This document shows, one piece after another, positions 11,901 through 24,859 of a DNA stretch of 64,000 bases (the first letter of the stretch is position 1; every line of letters begins with the position of its first letter). The position numbers were made by a program, and so were the translations under genes. The stretch is from Raillietiella orientalis (taxonomy: Eukaryota). Where the stretch lies: contig JAYWIR010000012.1 in NCBI GenBank assembly GCA_036172245.1, positions 1,488,001 through 1,552,000 on the forward strand. The letters are read 5' to 3'. The notes under the pieces were generated by a model, which saw nothing but the letters and a program-made list of their open reading frames with translations, did no database searches and was not told the origin of the DNA.

Positions 11901-13390
11901 CGGGCAGCTGGGAGCCGGTTGCTTCGGAAGGACAACAGCTGTCGCACGCTCCTTCGAGGATTCCGACGTTCATGACCGCTGTCCACGAGACAGAGGAAAG
12001 CTTTCAGGGAGTCCAGTGGGCGATGCATTGGATGCGCCGTGAGTCCGACTTCACTTCAGCCCCAGGGGTTCTCTAATCCTTCCTTCCCCTTTCCTTCCGC
12101 TTCGATGGATTCGAGTTCCCCCGAGGGCACGTTCGGAGGGTCACGTCCGGACGGTTGGATTCGCCTCCTGCATCCGTTGCGGTCGCTTTATAGGGGAGTG
12201 AGGAGGGGCATCGCTACGGACTGCCGACAGTGTTTGATCGGCCTTCGTCCTGGTCAGGGCCAGCTGACCATCCTTTGGCTAAAATGCAAGCGCCTCCAGG
12301 ACCTCTGGTCTCGGACAGTCATCTAAGGGTTCATTCGTCAAGGGCAAATCTGAATGCCCGTGGAGATGAAATTCCATTTGAAAGCGACTGTTCCCCGGTT
12401 CGTCCCCATCGCTCCTGCTTGAAAACGCGTTCGCGACCTCCCGGGCGAGCGCGGATAATGCAGCCTCTCCCAACCATGGAGGAGGAGGAAGGGAGGAGGA
12501 AGAGGAGGCTGGAAGCTCTTCTGCCGACTCTCCCACCAAAGAGAGGGCGAAAGAGAAAGGCAGCCTTCCCTGAGGGCAGGAGGACGCTCAGACACCCGGA
12601 ACGGCAGACACGGCCCCTCAAGGAGGGAAAGATAAGACGAGCGGATGGAGGCGGGAGGGGACCGAGGGACAGCCGAAGTAGGAAGGGACGTCCCATCCCT
12701 CTTAGCAGACAGGAAGGCAGCGGAGGGGTGGAGCGACCGCGTGTTTGCTCACGAGATATGCTCGTGCATCCGCCCCAGAAGAGGGGTTTTCCCTTCCCAG
12801 GCCTCCTCCGGGACGAAAGCTGGGAAAACACACGAGAGAGCCCGGAACGTAGGCTGGCAGCGGCGGTGTTTGCAGAAGCCTCCAGCTGCAGGCGGTCTTC
12901 CGGAAGCTGCGGGCTGCTTGCTCTTCGAAGCGAAGAGCAGGCGGGGATCCTCTGCGGCACGGAGATCGGGAAAGGAGGGAGTAAGGGCTGGGGAACGGCC
13001 TGCAGCGCAAGAAGAAGAGGGAAGCTCACGTAGAAGACGCTGAGGCAAGCGATGGATGGCGGAACGAGGAAGAGGGCAGGGGGGAGGGAATGGAGGGGAA
13101 GTCGTTGGAACAATGCCTGTCAGGAAGAACTTGGAGGCCGAAGACGAGGATGAGATGGAGGGGACAGAAAGGGGGAAGCCTGTCTCGCTGGGGAACGGAA
13201 CCGGCATCTCCTGGAAGGCTGGAGAAAACCTTTGCTAGGGGGTGTCTGGATCGGATGCCGGAAGAACAACAGGCAGATTTGGCTGGAGCACCCCGCGCAG
13301 ACTCGCGGCGTTAGGACTACTGAAAAGATAAAGGGGGAGAGGAAAAAGTCGGATGAAGGGGAAAATTTTTCCCGACGGGGATGCGGGACG

Positions 13391-15850
13391 TTTTCACCTG
13401 GTCAAGCCGGGGCCTTTATTATAAACTTCTATATTTGCGATATAAGGCCCGCTGTGGCCAATAAAACTAGAGAACTGCCGGGTGGTCGGTGCGCAGAACG
13501 ACTTGACACTCCACGTCAGCGGAGGGGGATAGGGAAAAACAAAAATAAAAATAAAAGAAAACTGAGAAAAGAAAAAACAGTTCTTTGGAGGGTCGGGAAG
13601 AGATCGCTGCCCGTTTTGTGAAGTTTCCATCCTTTGCAGGATGCCGACGAAGTCCTTCTGCATGTTTCCCAGGTGGGGCTATCGGGTTGCTATTCGGAGG
13701 AAGCGAGCTGCATACTCCATGACATCCCTGTCGTTTGCATCTTCTACTTCGTTGGATCCACTCCAGCCGCGGATGCAGCTGAACGCTGCTACTACAGCGG
13801 CTGGCTGCAGGGCGTCCCGCACGACGAGGAGCCGAAAAACGTCTCTGGGAGGGCTGCCTCCCAGGATCCCTAGGGTGGTAGCAAAACGTCCCCACAAGGG
13901 CCGGAGGGCAGCGCAGTTCACTAACAGGTTGGAGAGGGATTCCTTTTCCCCTCACATTGCACACTTCTGTCCCACCTTCCCCTACGCCCAGTGGTGGCGG
14001 CGCGCGTTGCAGGGAAGACCCCAGTGCAACAGCAGCAGCGCCGTTTCCTACCACTTGAAGGGGAGGGTGGACTTGTCTGTAAATACTGGGGGCCACTTTA
14101 GGTCATCCAGCGGGATGCCCAGCAGCTCGCCTCATCTCCGAATTCCTCGCGGGAGGTCGCTCGGGGTCGCGGCGTCAGCCAGTTCCCTCGTGGTCCAGCC
14201 GCTCATCATCTGCTCCCTGCCCGCTGTCCGGCAAGAGACTTGCCACCTCGGCGTTCGGCTGCTGCCGAGCGCACTCCTCAGGAAGGGCAGCGCCGTGGTC
14301 AGTGGAGTCGTCTCTGCCCACGTGCTTCTGGCGGGACATTCGAGCATGTTCCACAGAGTGCAGCGGGTGTAGATGCCGGGTCGCAGGCAGTTCCAGGATT
14401 CACCACTAGACTGATTTAACTTCGCCCACGTGCCAACTGTTTCTTCCAGCCATGCGCTGGAGTTGGCGGGGCTGCAGGCCATCCACCCGTTCTCCCTCGC
14501 CAGGGTGGCTACTCGTCCGAGGAGAAGGCCGCATCTTCTTGTCTTCCTTCCACGACATAATAGAAAAGATGCGAGTCCTTCGCTCCCGGACACATGGCTG
14601 GCGAGAAGGCGGGCCGGAACGCACCAAGGGGTGCTCCACATCTTCTCTGCGATGGCCAAGACTCGCCATCGCAGCTGTATTTCCACGCGCTCCAGCGTCA
14701 GGAGGCTACGACCGCTGTCCCGACGCGGAGCGCACAAGTCCTTCAGAGGGATTCGGGGCCTCTCCTTGCCCCAAAGGGCGATGTGGAGGATGTCCTTCGT
14801 CCTCTTCTTTATTTCCACGGGGACGGACCGAACGAAAAGTAGGGGGCGAAGGATGGGGGCCGCAAACGCATTCCATACCGCGGCCCGTTCCGACAAGTGG
14901 AACTTGCCCTCCAGGAACGGGCAGCGGTATGGGACGGAAGGGACGGGAAGCATCGGAATGGCCATGGCCAAGCCATCTTGCCTTTCGTTCGACCGGTCGC
15001 GCAAAGGGAGAACTGCTCCATCCTCCCCCCGAAGGCTCGTGGCAGGTATCCACGACAAGCTCTGGCGTTTCCTTGGTCACTGTCCATGGGAGTCTGGCCG
15101 AATGGCGAACTTCGAAGTCCAGGGTAAGTCAGCCGGCAGTGATTGTTCTCGGCAGCCCGCCAGGATACGCTTCGGAGAGGATGAGGTGCACCACCCGACC
15201 ATCGACGGTCAGCTTCGCTTAGAGGTTGGCGAGGCCTCTGCAGGGAGGCAGCTACCGGGCAGATTTGGAGGGAAGCGGCGAAAGAAACTCCTAGCCAACG
15301 TGGTGGCTCTCTGGAACTACGTAGTCAAGAAAGAGAACTCGGAAGCTAAGCCTGGGGCGACTTTTTGCTCGACTGGTGACCGACCGCATGTTCGACGCCA
15401 TCGTACGCAACGCTGCCCTCTGTGAACACAGAGGAGACCTCCTGCGGCTCTCCCGCTTCCGTTTCTGGTGCAGATTCAGTTCTAGGTGGTTCCGCGTTGT
15501 ACGGACAGGGTCCCTCCCTAACTGATCTTCCCAAACGCTGAGTATGCTCCATCACCAATTTCATTACCGAGGGGTGCGACCTTCCAGTCAACTCCATCAA
15601 GAGAGAGGCTCATGGAAAGCAGAAGCCGGCGGAGACGGTACCGGCGGTCCACTGAAGGAAGCGGAGACTGGACTCGGCACTCCAGGGCGAGAAGTGCGTC
15701 CCGTGCTTCCTGTCCAAGTGAGGACGCTCCAGCGGCATCGGAAGACAAAGAAAAGGTATGCGGAGAGGTGACTCGCTGGCATCCGGAAGCACACCAGATG
15801 GCGGCTTTCTGAGATCCCGAGGCCAAAAACATAGAGAAGCATTTGGAGAG
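13391..15850 (-). mobile_element. L1/Tx1-like LINE, 5'-truncated and decayed (RT remnants, post-RT region, zinc-binding C-terminus, 3' UTR); copy 3
   Basis: SLSLDGVDWKVA (cf. ISLL.VDYK.L), AYDGVEH (cf. KAYDRVEH), ALWGKERPRIPLKDLCAPRRDSG (typical L1/Tx1 FLW....RI....L..P...GG), LLLLHWGLPCNARRHHW...KCAM*GEKESLSNLLVNCAALRPLW (homologous to 560-720). Terminus aataaaggccccggcttgaccaggtgaaaa at 13420-13391. Confidence 0.8.
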
Positions 15851-16026
15851 GTCGGGCTTTCCGCTTCAGAGCAGGAGAGAGGGAAGAGGACAGAGATGCG
15901 TTCCAAGATCACTCAACATAGCCGGAAGACGCGCTAGAGGTAGTCCAGTGGATGTCCTGATCGTTTCGAATGACCTCTTGGGTCACCGGCCGACCAGGAC
16001 GAGAATGCTTTTCATCGGATGATCAG

Positions 16027-16092
16027 ATGGTGGCACTTGTGAAGAAATCATGGAGGCAGCTGTGAATAAGGATCGGAGGAGCAGACGCGGAA
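16027..16092 (+). other. Candidate short phase-1/phase-1 coding exon (66 nt) of an unidentified plus-strand gene
   Basis: Weak acceptor gatcag|, strong donor AA|gtaagt at 16093; reads xGGTCEEIMEAAVNKDRRSRRG and is phase-compatible with 16764-16811. Confidence 0.2.
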
Positions 16093-16763
16093 GTAAGTGT
16101 GGAGCGCCTGCGCACCGCACGCAGCCAACTGAAATCACCGTCCACGGCGCAGTGACTTCATCTGTTCCATTCTGCTGGTCCGAGCACAGTAGCGGAGGCT
16201 TGGGCTCAAGGAAAAGTCCACCCCCGCATGCGATAAAGCGAAAGCTGCTTCCTGCTCTCCGGGACTGCGAAAAGAAAGGACTCGAGGCATTATCGAAGCT
16301 CCGAGAGGCTCCTGCACTCTTTGCAGATAGCTGGTCCACTTTCCAGAACATTTGGGAGGCGTTCCCGCGGGAACGGGAGCACTGCGCCTCACTGACTCTT
16401 GCTCCTCGCAGGTCGGAGAGCGTGGAACGGAAGTCAGTCAGAGGAACCGGTATGAAAGGGAAAGCCGGGACGGAAGCGAAACCTAGGTGCCCTCGAAGTT
16501 TGCTGCAATCTTGAAGGTCGTGAGCACTTCGCTTCTGAGAAGTCGGCTCGGATTTCGAAGGATCGTCTCTAATGACCGAGACAAGAAAAGGTGCGCTCTG
16601 AGGGTGACGTCCCGAATAATCCAGAGGCGTTTCTCGCATTCCCGGTCGCTTCCGGACTCCTGCTGCTTCCTGGTTTTGTGCTCTCCCTCCCTTTGTGCTG
16701 AGAGAATCGGGAGAGGAGACGTCGCGCCCGTCACGGAGACCGAACGGGGGTATTTCTTTGCAG

Positions 16764-16811
16764 GGGAAGAATTCAAGACTCCCTTCGATTATCTGGAATA
16801 TTCTGCTATTG
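16764..16811 (+). other. Candidate 48-nt symmetric micro-exon of an unidentified plus-strand gene
   Basis: Acceptor tatttctttgcag|, donor TG|gtaagg; phase-1 reading EEFKTPFDYLEYSAI with no stop. Confidence 0.3.
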
Positions 16812-18129
16812 GTAAGGAATCCCAGTTGTCTGGGGAAAAAAAAATTCCTGGTTCCTACACGCTGATGATAATGAGAGGCTTAAACAGGATTTGGGAATGT
16901 AGCAAATTTTTTGTATGCGAACACTATTGGGGAATTTCCAGAAACACGGGAGGAATTTACCCGTAATCAGCGAAGCGGGGTGTTAGTGTGGCTATGAGAT
17001 GGCTGGGAGCCTTCGTGTGCCTGATATCATCAAATCTTTGCATCCCATCATGGAAAACCGAAGGTATCTGTTCTGTAGGATTATCCCAGGGATGCCAGTC
17101 TACTAAGAGTGAACTGCATCATAATGCGGATATCGGCAAAGATGAATGCGCCTCTATTAGCTCTGCGGCAGTTTGTTTATAAAGGGATTTGATGACTTCG
17201 CCGCTGGGGAGGCTGCTGTGCTCGTTTCCCGGTTGCGCGCACTTTCCGAAAAGTGCCTTGGAACCCTCTGTTCCCGAAGGGCATCTCTTTTCAGCTTGAC
17301 GGATGGTTCTTCGCATGTAGATGGATTCGCAACATGCGGGATTTGCGGCAGCCTCGAATCTGCAGGATGCGGAGAGCTTCCGCGGAGCTCAGCATCTTTT
17401 CCATGGAAACCAATTGTGGAGCTCCCATTTTTTCCGCTGGCCGTCAGTTGACCACTGCTCTTCTTGCTCCGCAAGTGGAGGCATCAACTCTGGCTCTTCC
17501 ATCTCACTGTTCGGTCCTTCCTTAGGGGAATCACAGGACCCTGTCCTCGAATCCTTAAGACCAGATGCGGCACGACCATCTTCCTGAGTTCGGAACCCGT
17601 TCCGGGGTGTGGAGGGAATTCGTCGCTAAGGATGACGCAAGCCTTCGAAGGCGGACTGGTGATCTCGTCAGCGGAAAGATAGCACTAGAAGAATCCTTCG
17701 CTCTTCAGCAGGAAACGCGAGCGTCCCAAAGGTACGCGCGGTGGGTTTCTCTGTGCCGGCCGGGAAAGGACTCTGAAAGGAGCGCTCCTTCCTCAGTTGC
17801 CGGTGGCCAGATAGCTGTCGGTGGAGAGGTCAAGGAACGGGTTTCCCCTTCCCAGCAGTCCTGCAGAAAAGCGCAGCAAAATAGCTGGTTCGGGAAGGTG
17901 AAGGGAGTACCAATCTTCTTGATGCGACTCCCGCATCGAAGATGGACTTTTTGGGCTCATGAAATCCAACGTGAACTCTTCCAATCTTCACATCTCCGAA
18001 GCGCTTGCGTCCTTGAATGTTTTGATCTGACCTTGCAGCACTCTGTCCTTTTGGAAGGTTGGTTTAACGGTCTTCAAAGGTGTTCTTGCTTCGATAAGCC
18101 CGAAATGATCACAATTCACGCTCTTCATT

Positions 18130-19060
18130 CTTGCAAAACCACCGAGCAAGCACCTCCAAGAAGTGCGCGTTTCTGGTGCTGAATCCTTCATTCCCATGTC
18201 AATGACTGCAGCAACTATAACAACTTCTGATGCAACTTTTGATGTTTAAACAACGTTTCTTCGAAGTTGAGCGCACCGTAGCAAGCACTTTGGTGTGGCA
18301 GTGCTTATTGATAACTGACAACAAATTGGCTCGTTCCTTGGGAATTTTTAGGAACCAATGAGTGAGTTGCAAAATGGCTCTGCAGTTGTCCCTGCAAACT
18401 TTTCCACCTGGGGACGCTATCAAAAGCACTTGGAAGTTTTCAAGAACTCCCGGATGTTTTCACGTGAGGTAACCTCCTCCTTTGGAAATTTCAAACCCTT
18501 CCGAGCGCGCTCCAGATTGCAGAAGCAATTCATTCAGCTGAAGACTGAAGCTGATCAGAAGGTTAAGCCTCCCAATAACCTACCATCGCGAAACTTTGAT
18601 AATTGAGTATGCAAGACAAAGTTTTCAGCATGTCAATACTCTTCAGTATCGGGAAGAAGTGCACAACAAACCACTGGGTAGCATGCGTTCGAGGCCATCG
18701 GTCCTCACACTCTGAATTTCAAAGGGGTACGAATACTCCAGAGTATGCTGAGCCGAGTTCTTGTCAGGAACATTCACTGATGTTTGCTGAACGGGAAGAA
18801 AAGCGAGGTTCGTCTTGCTTTCCGTGATTTCATGCTTACTGGGCTGTCTAACCACCTTCCATCCAGTTTGCCACTTGATGCGCGATACAGTAAAATTTCT
18901 ATTTCATTTCCAGAAGTCCTCGCGTCTGTCTGCAGCTCACTTATGGTGCTCGTGGAGAGAAGTGTCCTGTTCATTGCCGTCAGCGACCATTTCAGTCCTC
19001 ACTCCTGCTAACTCTCTACTTTGGCATAGCACAATACAGTTGCAATGGATCCTTGGGTCC
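18130..19060 (+). mobile_element. Decayed hAT (ZBED1/4-like) transposase relic
   Basis: CLLITDNKLA (~18300; cf. V.TDNA.N) and LPLDARYSKISISF (~18870; cf. AT.LDPRYK.L.F) in the expected order, with many stops between. Confidence 0.45.
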
Positions 19061-19149
19061 CTTCATTTTTTCATGGAGGGCGACTGACCGCATTCACGTA
19101 TGTGCCTATGGTTGTGGTCTGAGTCTCAGAAAGCAATGCCGTGGGCCGT

Positions 19150-21271
19150 CCTGGAATCCTCTTGCAGCACAGCCTAGGTGCCGTCTCTTTCGTGGTTGTT
19201 GGCCGGCCAGTCTCACTCTGGACCCGCGACAACTGGCGAAAGGGAGTTGCTACCAAAATTTTCAGGCGGCGACTCAGTGGTATCGAGCACTCGAGCCGTG
19301 TGGCTGTGATTCAGTTTCCGAACACTAACAAGGATAGAAGTGCAGAGCTGAAGAGCGGGGCGCTTTTAATAAGAGCCCTCCTTTTTTTGCAGGCTTGTCC
19401 TCACGCAGTCCTTCCCTGTTTTCTTGCTGCCGAGAGCTCACGAAGCCAAGCCCTTCCTCCCACTTCCAGGCAAACGAAGCTCCTGTTCTCCTAACGCTAA
19501 ACTGCTGCACAAGTCGCTCATGCTTCCCTGCGACACGTTGGTCACAGCGATGATTGAGAGTTGTGGAATTCCAAGATGAAGTGGTTGTAGGGAGCTACAG
19601 GACCTCTTTGTCCCAACGGCAGACAGCCGTTCCTTTTGATTTCAGAAGTGCTGTTGTGACCTCGGATGGGAGTGATAGTGACTATCTCCTACTTGTGTTC
19701 CGGCGCATAAACAGCCTCGAAAAGAGCACTGGTGAATTCCCAGTTTCTTTTTTTGCCAAAACCTGCGTCCTGTATTCTCCCTCTCACGCGACCAGGGTCA
19801 CTTGCGTTCTGCACCGGGAATCGGCTCCCACAATGTTCTATCCCTTTTGTTTCAAAGCATGGATATCTTATTCAAATCCCTGAAGTGAACTTCCTGCATC
19901 TCTGTGTGGAACGCTCCACATTCAAGGGAACGAATTTTTTGTTTTCCTCTCACGTTTTCCCTGTTCTTCTGGAGAATTCTGGGCGTCCGCTTGGGTTCCA
20001 GCGTGAGTCCCGAAAGGTTCGCTACAAGGTCGAGGATTTCTGAAAATCATGCAAGGTGCTGAGATGATTTCGAAGCAAAACTGGTCCGCGCAAAACAAGC
20101 GACCTCACCGAAAAGTGCGAAGCAGGAACCGCAAGCCCTCAGGCTATCGCTACGGTTCATCCCAATTGCAAACCTCCCCATAGTGTGCCTCTGCGCGCCT
20201 CATCCTTCGGCGAAGCGCCGGACTCTCATCATTACTTCCACACAGGATGGGGAGAATTCGTCATCCTCCTAAAGCAACTAGCCTCACTTTTGGAACCCAA
20301 CCTCTGCTGCCCCGGAAACTGGGATGCCTGGAGGCAGGAGACGATGGAGTCCACGTTGGAAGTGCTCCCAAAGGGTGTTCACCCCTTGAGAACCCTCCAC
20401 CGCAGCTCTAGGAGAAGTCCTGCAGGACCAGACTCAGTGGTCTCGGATAGCCGTCTTGCCGCAGCGCTGCCTGCCCGAGGGCACGCATCACCAGTTGCCC
20501 AGTCCACAAGATGGGAATTCCCCTGCACTGTTGCAGGAGCCTAGAGGCTCCGGAAGGCGGCTGGACGGCAGGCGAGCTGGTGGGCGGCGCCGCTCCTCGT
20601 TCGCAGGAAAAGGGTCATTTCGGTGAGGCGGCCGCCCCAGCACGCCCTCTCGAAGAGCTCGCGGTGCCTCCTTCGGCATTCCCCTTGAGGTGGAGATGGG
20701 ACGTCCTGATGTGCTGCTGCGCCAGGGTTTTCGGTGCAGCCGGCGCAGGCCTCTCGTTTCCGGGGAAGCCGCGCCCCCACGCTGCTGAAGGATTGCAGCG
20801 CCCTTTGCGAACTTTGGCGGACGCTCCTCCATCCCGAGAACGACGAAGCGGACTCGCTGCGGAGACTCTTCGTGAGCGCCGTGATCGCGACGAGATGCTG
20901 CATCCATGCCACGGTCACGTCTCGCTTTGTACCGGAGTCTGGGGCTCAGTGAAGGGAGTTGACCCGCACGAAAGCTCCCTCCAGGCTCCTCACCTGCTCG
21001 AAGAAGTCGGGATGCAGATTGCCTGGATGCTGCACCGGTTCTTCTGAGAAAGGAAGAGCGACCGCTACCAACGACCCCTTTCCCTGCCCTCCTCATCTTT
21101 TTTCATTTATTTGTTGTCCCCTTCCCTCGCCCTCCGGACTTCTTATAACTTGACCTGCATGTCGCTGAATCCTCCCTTTGAATCTTCCGTTTTGGGGGAG
21201 GGGAGGAGGGATTGCGTTCCCAACCTGTTTGTTGATTTTTCGATAAACTTCCCAGCACCACAGGGTGAAAA
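19150..21271 (+). mobile_element. L1/Tx1-like LINE relic with RT largely deleted; copy 4
   Basis: RKGVA (APE-like), QGAEMISKQNWSAQNKRP (cf. GA.IRS...W...GE.P), LLKDCSALCELWR and APHLLEEVGMQIAWMLHRFF* (homologous to the copy 1-3 C-termini). Terminus gataaacttcccagcaccacagggtgaaaa (21242-21271) is 22/30 identical to the copy-1 terminus. Confidence 0.65.
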
Positions 21272-22239
21272 CGATTCTTCCAGAATTTGTTGCGTATTCA
21301 CGCTCGATGCAAAATGCAATCTCAAAGCAGCCGAGCGAAGAAGAGCAAAGCGCAAAAACTTTTTTTTTTTTTCCACCTTACACTGAACTGTGAATCGTCA
21401 TGCTGAGTCTTCCGCGACCTCCCTGCTTCCATACACCCCATGCCGTGCCAAAGAGTGCCACCGGGTCGAAAGCTCAGGAGGAAAGAGGATCCGAATTCGC
21501 ATTTCGAATTTCCAGCCGCACTTTCACTTTCCTCATGACGACGGCGTGTTCCCACTTTTTGCGGTACCCGCGACAGCCAACCCAAAGGCTGAGTTCCAAT
21601 GAAGAGGCCATCGAGGGTGGGTGAGACGCGAGATCATCTCTTTAGAAGACTTGGGGAAGTTCCACTTCTCCGGAAAGCCCACCGAAACTTCCCCCCTCCC
21701 CCCCCCCTCTGCAGACCGGTTGCTCCCGTCAATGTCTTCTTCGGAAGCTGCATCGAGGATTTCCCACATGCAGTTCGAGGGCGTGCAGCATCGTCGCCTG
21801 CGTCGCCATTCATGCGGCTACAGCGCGAGGCGAGAGAGAGAGAGAAAAAAAGGGATTTCCATCAATCAGGAGGGAGCAGCAACGCGTGGCTCGTGTTTAT
21901 TTGCCTTTGCAGAGCTGATGCTCTAAGAAAACTCAGGACGAGTAACCGGAGATCGAAAGACGTGGAAACCCAAGCCAGCAATCCGAACCCGTAAACTGAG
22001 AAGGCAAAACTTCCAGACTCTCCTGCAAGGACGACGGAGGCTACCGAAAAAGCTTGGGATGCGCATCGCAAGTCAGGGATGCCAGGTGCTTCTCGAGTGC
22101 TACTCAGGTGAAACACGCCGGGTGGTCGTGGCCGCTTCGAGTGATGATGCGTGGAGTCTTAGAGAGCAATTCTGCGAGCATCCACGCTTCCTACTCGGCA
22201 TGCATTCTGGGAGCGTAGGTAGAATTTGCTTTTTTTCAT

Positions 22240-23100
22240 TGGCAGTCTCGTGTTCTTAGGACGAGGGTAATTATGGGTGCAGGGCAGAGCCTTCCCAGGA
22301 TGAAGAGATGGCCATCGGTATGCATTCTCCCAAACTGCAGACGTACGGCACAGTACTTTGCAGCGATCTCTTGTGGATACATGGAGCGGCTGCTGGCCAA
22401 TAATTTGAACGTTAGCACGGCTCGCATTAACCCAATCGGCAATTCTCGGAAAGAAGATGGTGGTTGGAGTGAACATTTGCTCTATGCAGCATCGGTAGAT
22501 CCGAAGAGTTTCTGCTTACGAGTCGAAACGCTTGGCACGTTTCGTCGGATGTGCCATTTTTCTCGCAGGGCACGCCGGGTGATCCGCGTGACGCTGCCTA
22601 TGAATGCGCGAAGATGGATGTTAAACGGGCGGTGAGAAACGGGAGTACCATCAGCAGAAGCAACATGGCCGTGGCGTGCCAAGGACAAAGCCCTTCCGGT
22701 GCTCTCGAGAAGCACCTGTCACCCCCGACTTGTGATGAGCACCGCAAGCCCTTTCGGTAGCCTTCGTCGTCCTTGCAGGAGAGTCTGGAAGTTTTGCCTT
22801 CTCAGTTTACGGGTTGAGGCATTGATAGGAATCCTCCAAAGACTTCCTATTCCGCCTGGGAGGCGTCTGGACAGTGAGCGCAGCCTCATCTGGAACGCCA
22901 GCTTGTTCGAGGAAGGTGTTGTACGCCATGAGCTCCAGGAGGTGGACAGGATCTCGCTGGATTGAGTTTCTGAAAAGGATGTTCGGATCGCCCACACCAA
23001 AGTGGTTTCCGGCTTTTGTACAGGAAGCAGCAGGCGCCGTTTCTCCCGCCAGATTCCGTCCTCACTGTCAGGGAATGGCACAGGAATTGTGCATAGGTGT
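22240..23100 (-). mobile_element. Decayed LINE ORF2 relic
   Basis: IWREKRRLLLPVQKP (cf. WK.A.IIP..KP), MAYNTFLEQAGVP, and C-terminal VRLQFGRMHTDGHLFILG..P (cf. RLRTGH....HL..IG...P). Confidence 0.4.
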
Positions 23101-24859
23101 TTCATTCATTTTTGAGGGAGAATGAGATTATTTGTTTACTCAGCTCCGTCCAAGCACCCCTGGGCCAACAGAAGTGCAAATGGGAGCAGTCCATGGAAAC
23201 GCTTGGGAGTGAGTTGCGTTTCCCGTTATCAGGGACGAACGAGAAGCACTCATGGGTGAGCTACTTCCCAGAGAACTGGACCACCATCCTTCACTGAGTT
23301 TCCATTTCGAGTGCTCGAGCTGTGTTTGCGCGCGTGTGTGACTGAAACGGAGAAGGAGGGAGCGTTTTCTGATCGCTCACGGCATCGCAGAAGAAGAATT
23401 TCGCATCCACCCATTCGTCTTTCGCTCCGAGGGCCGGCTTGCACTTAGCCAGTCCGGCGCTTGGACTGGCGTCCCACGTCCTCGCGAGCGTCCGGAAGAA
23501 AAAATCCGCACTCCTCCGGGAGTCAGTGGCCTTCTCATAAGAAGAGATCTCCGGGAATTCTCTTTCAAATCATCCCCTTGGCTTCCATCGTCTGGTTCCA
23601 CTCCCCCTACCCCCCACCCTTCCTTGCGCGAAATTTGGAACACCAGGAACTTCGTGATCAAAGGAAACGCGCCCATCCGCCACTGACTCAGAAATGAGAG
23701 GTTGGCACCGATTTCGTGGGCAGGCAAGTCGTTCTGATCCCTACTGGTGCTTTTATTAGTTTCCGCTCGCCGGTGAGATCGGTAGCATCCCAGACCTTGC
23801 TCCTTTCGTCTTGGTCTGCCACTTGGAGACGACCTTGGATGCGCAGCTAAATATAGGATTCCAGTGGAGACCATGCGCATCGCATCCGCAACCCGTTCGC
23901 GAGAACTCCATCCCCGAAAAATCCTCCATTTTTTCCCCTCCAGAGAGCATCAAGCAAATGCTTCGGGGATAACAATCCTTTTTCCTTAAGCAGGAATTTG
24001 TCTAGAGGATGCACAAATCCATAACTGGGACCGGGATCTAAGCCTCTGGATCAGGAAAGCATTGCTGCAGAAATCAACCCTTCGGACGGCCGAAACTTCC
24101 ACTCATAAATTCGATTCCCACTGATACGAGTCTGAAAGGGGATTTGCAGAAGGCACGGAACCGTTCATTGTAATCTCGACATGCCTTCTGGCATGTGGCC
24201 ATCATTCACGGATCATTCCTAGCATTCGAAGATACCCCCGTTTTCTAGGGCTGCGCGCATCTCAGTTACCCAGGAAGCGGGAGACGCTCTGCGCTCGGAA
24301 TGTTTGAAACGTATCGTGGCGCGAATCCGATAAATCTCCTGCGCATCCGGCAAATGGGATCCTCTCTGCCACCTGGATTCGGGATCTATAAAAGTGGGCC
24401 AGACTTCAAAGCACGGAAAGAGAAGGCGCGTCGGGAACGCACCGCTTCCGAAAATGGCCCCGCTTCATCATCCATGGTGCCAATTTTTTTTTTTTTCATT
24501 TTTTTCGTCGCCTTCCACCATGAAATCCCTGCCCCTTTCATTCCAGATGGAACTGCGCTGCTCGAGCCCTCTCTGTCTTCACCCCGTTTCCTCACGACTG
24601 GCGCGCATCACCGTTTCCATCGCTCAACTGACGCGCTCGATTTGCATAGGGATGGATCAGACGAACGGAGCACTTGGCTATCTGAGTGGCACCAAGAATG
24701 GAGCTGAGAGGGTCTCTCTTTCTAGTCTCTTATGGCAGCTTGACTTGGGCGCTTCAGCTGCTTCCGGCAAGAGGAGCGGACGGTGGTCTGCTTGGCATGT
24801 CATGTGCTAAGCACTGTACATTGCGGATGAGGTTTATTCGAGACCCGTGTCACATATTG

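Noticed and set aside
12230..13113. Opposing 267-aa and 260-aa ORFs
   Set aside because: Purine-skewed GC-rich DNA with few stops and no recognisable motif; may be TE-derived but this cannot be supported.
14430..15425. 331-aa plus-strand ORF
   Set aside because: Antisense to the L1/Tx1-like ORF2 relic.
16027..16065. MVALVKKSWRQL resembling a globin A helix
   Set aside because: Immediately followed by TGA, and no further globin helices were found nearby.
24386..24394. TATAAAAG TATA-like box
   Set aside because: No initiator or downstream gene on the plus strand to associate it with.
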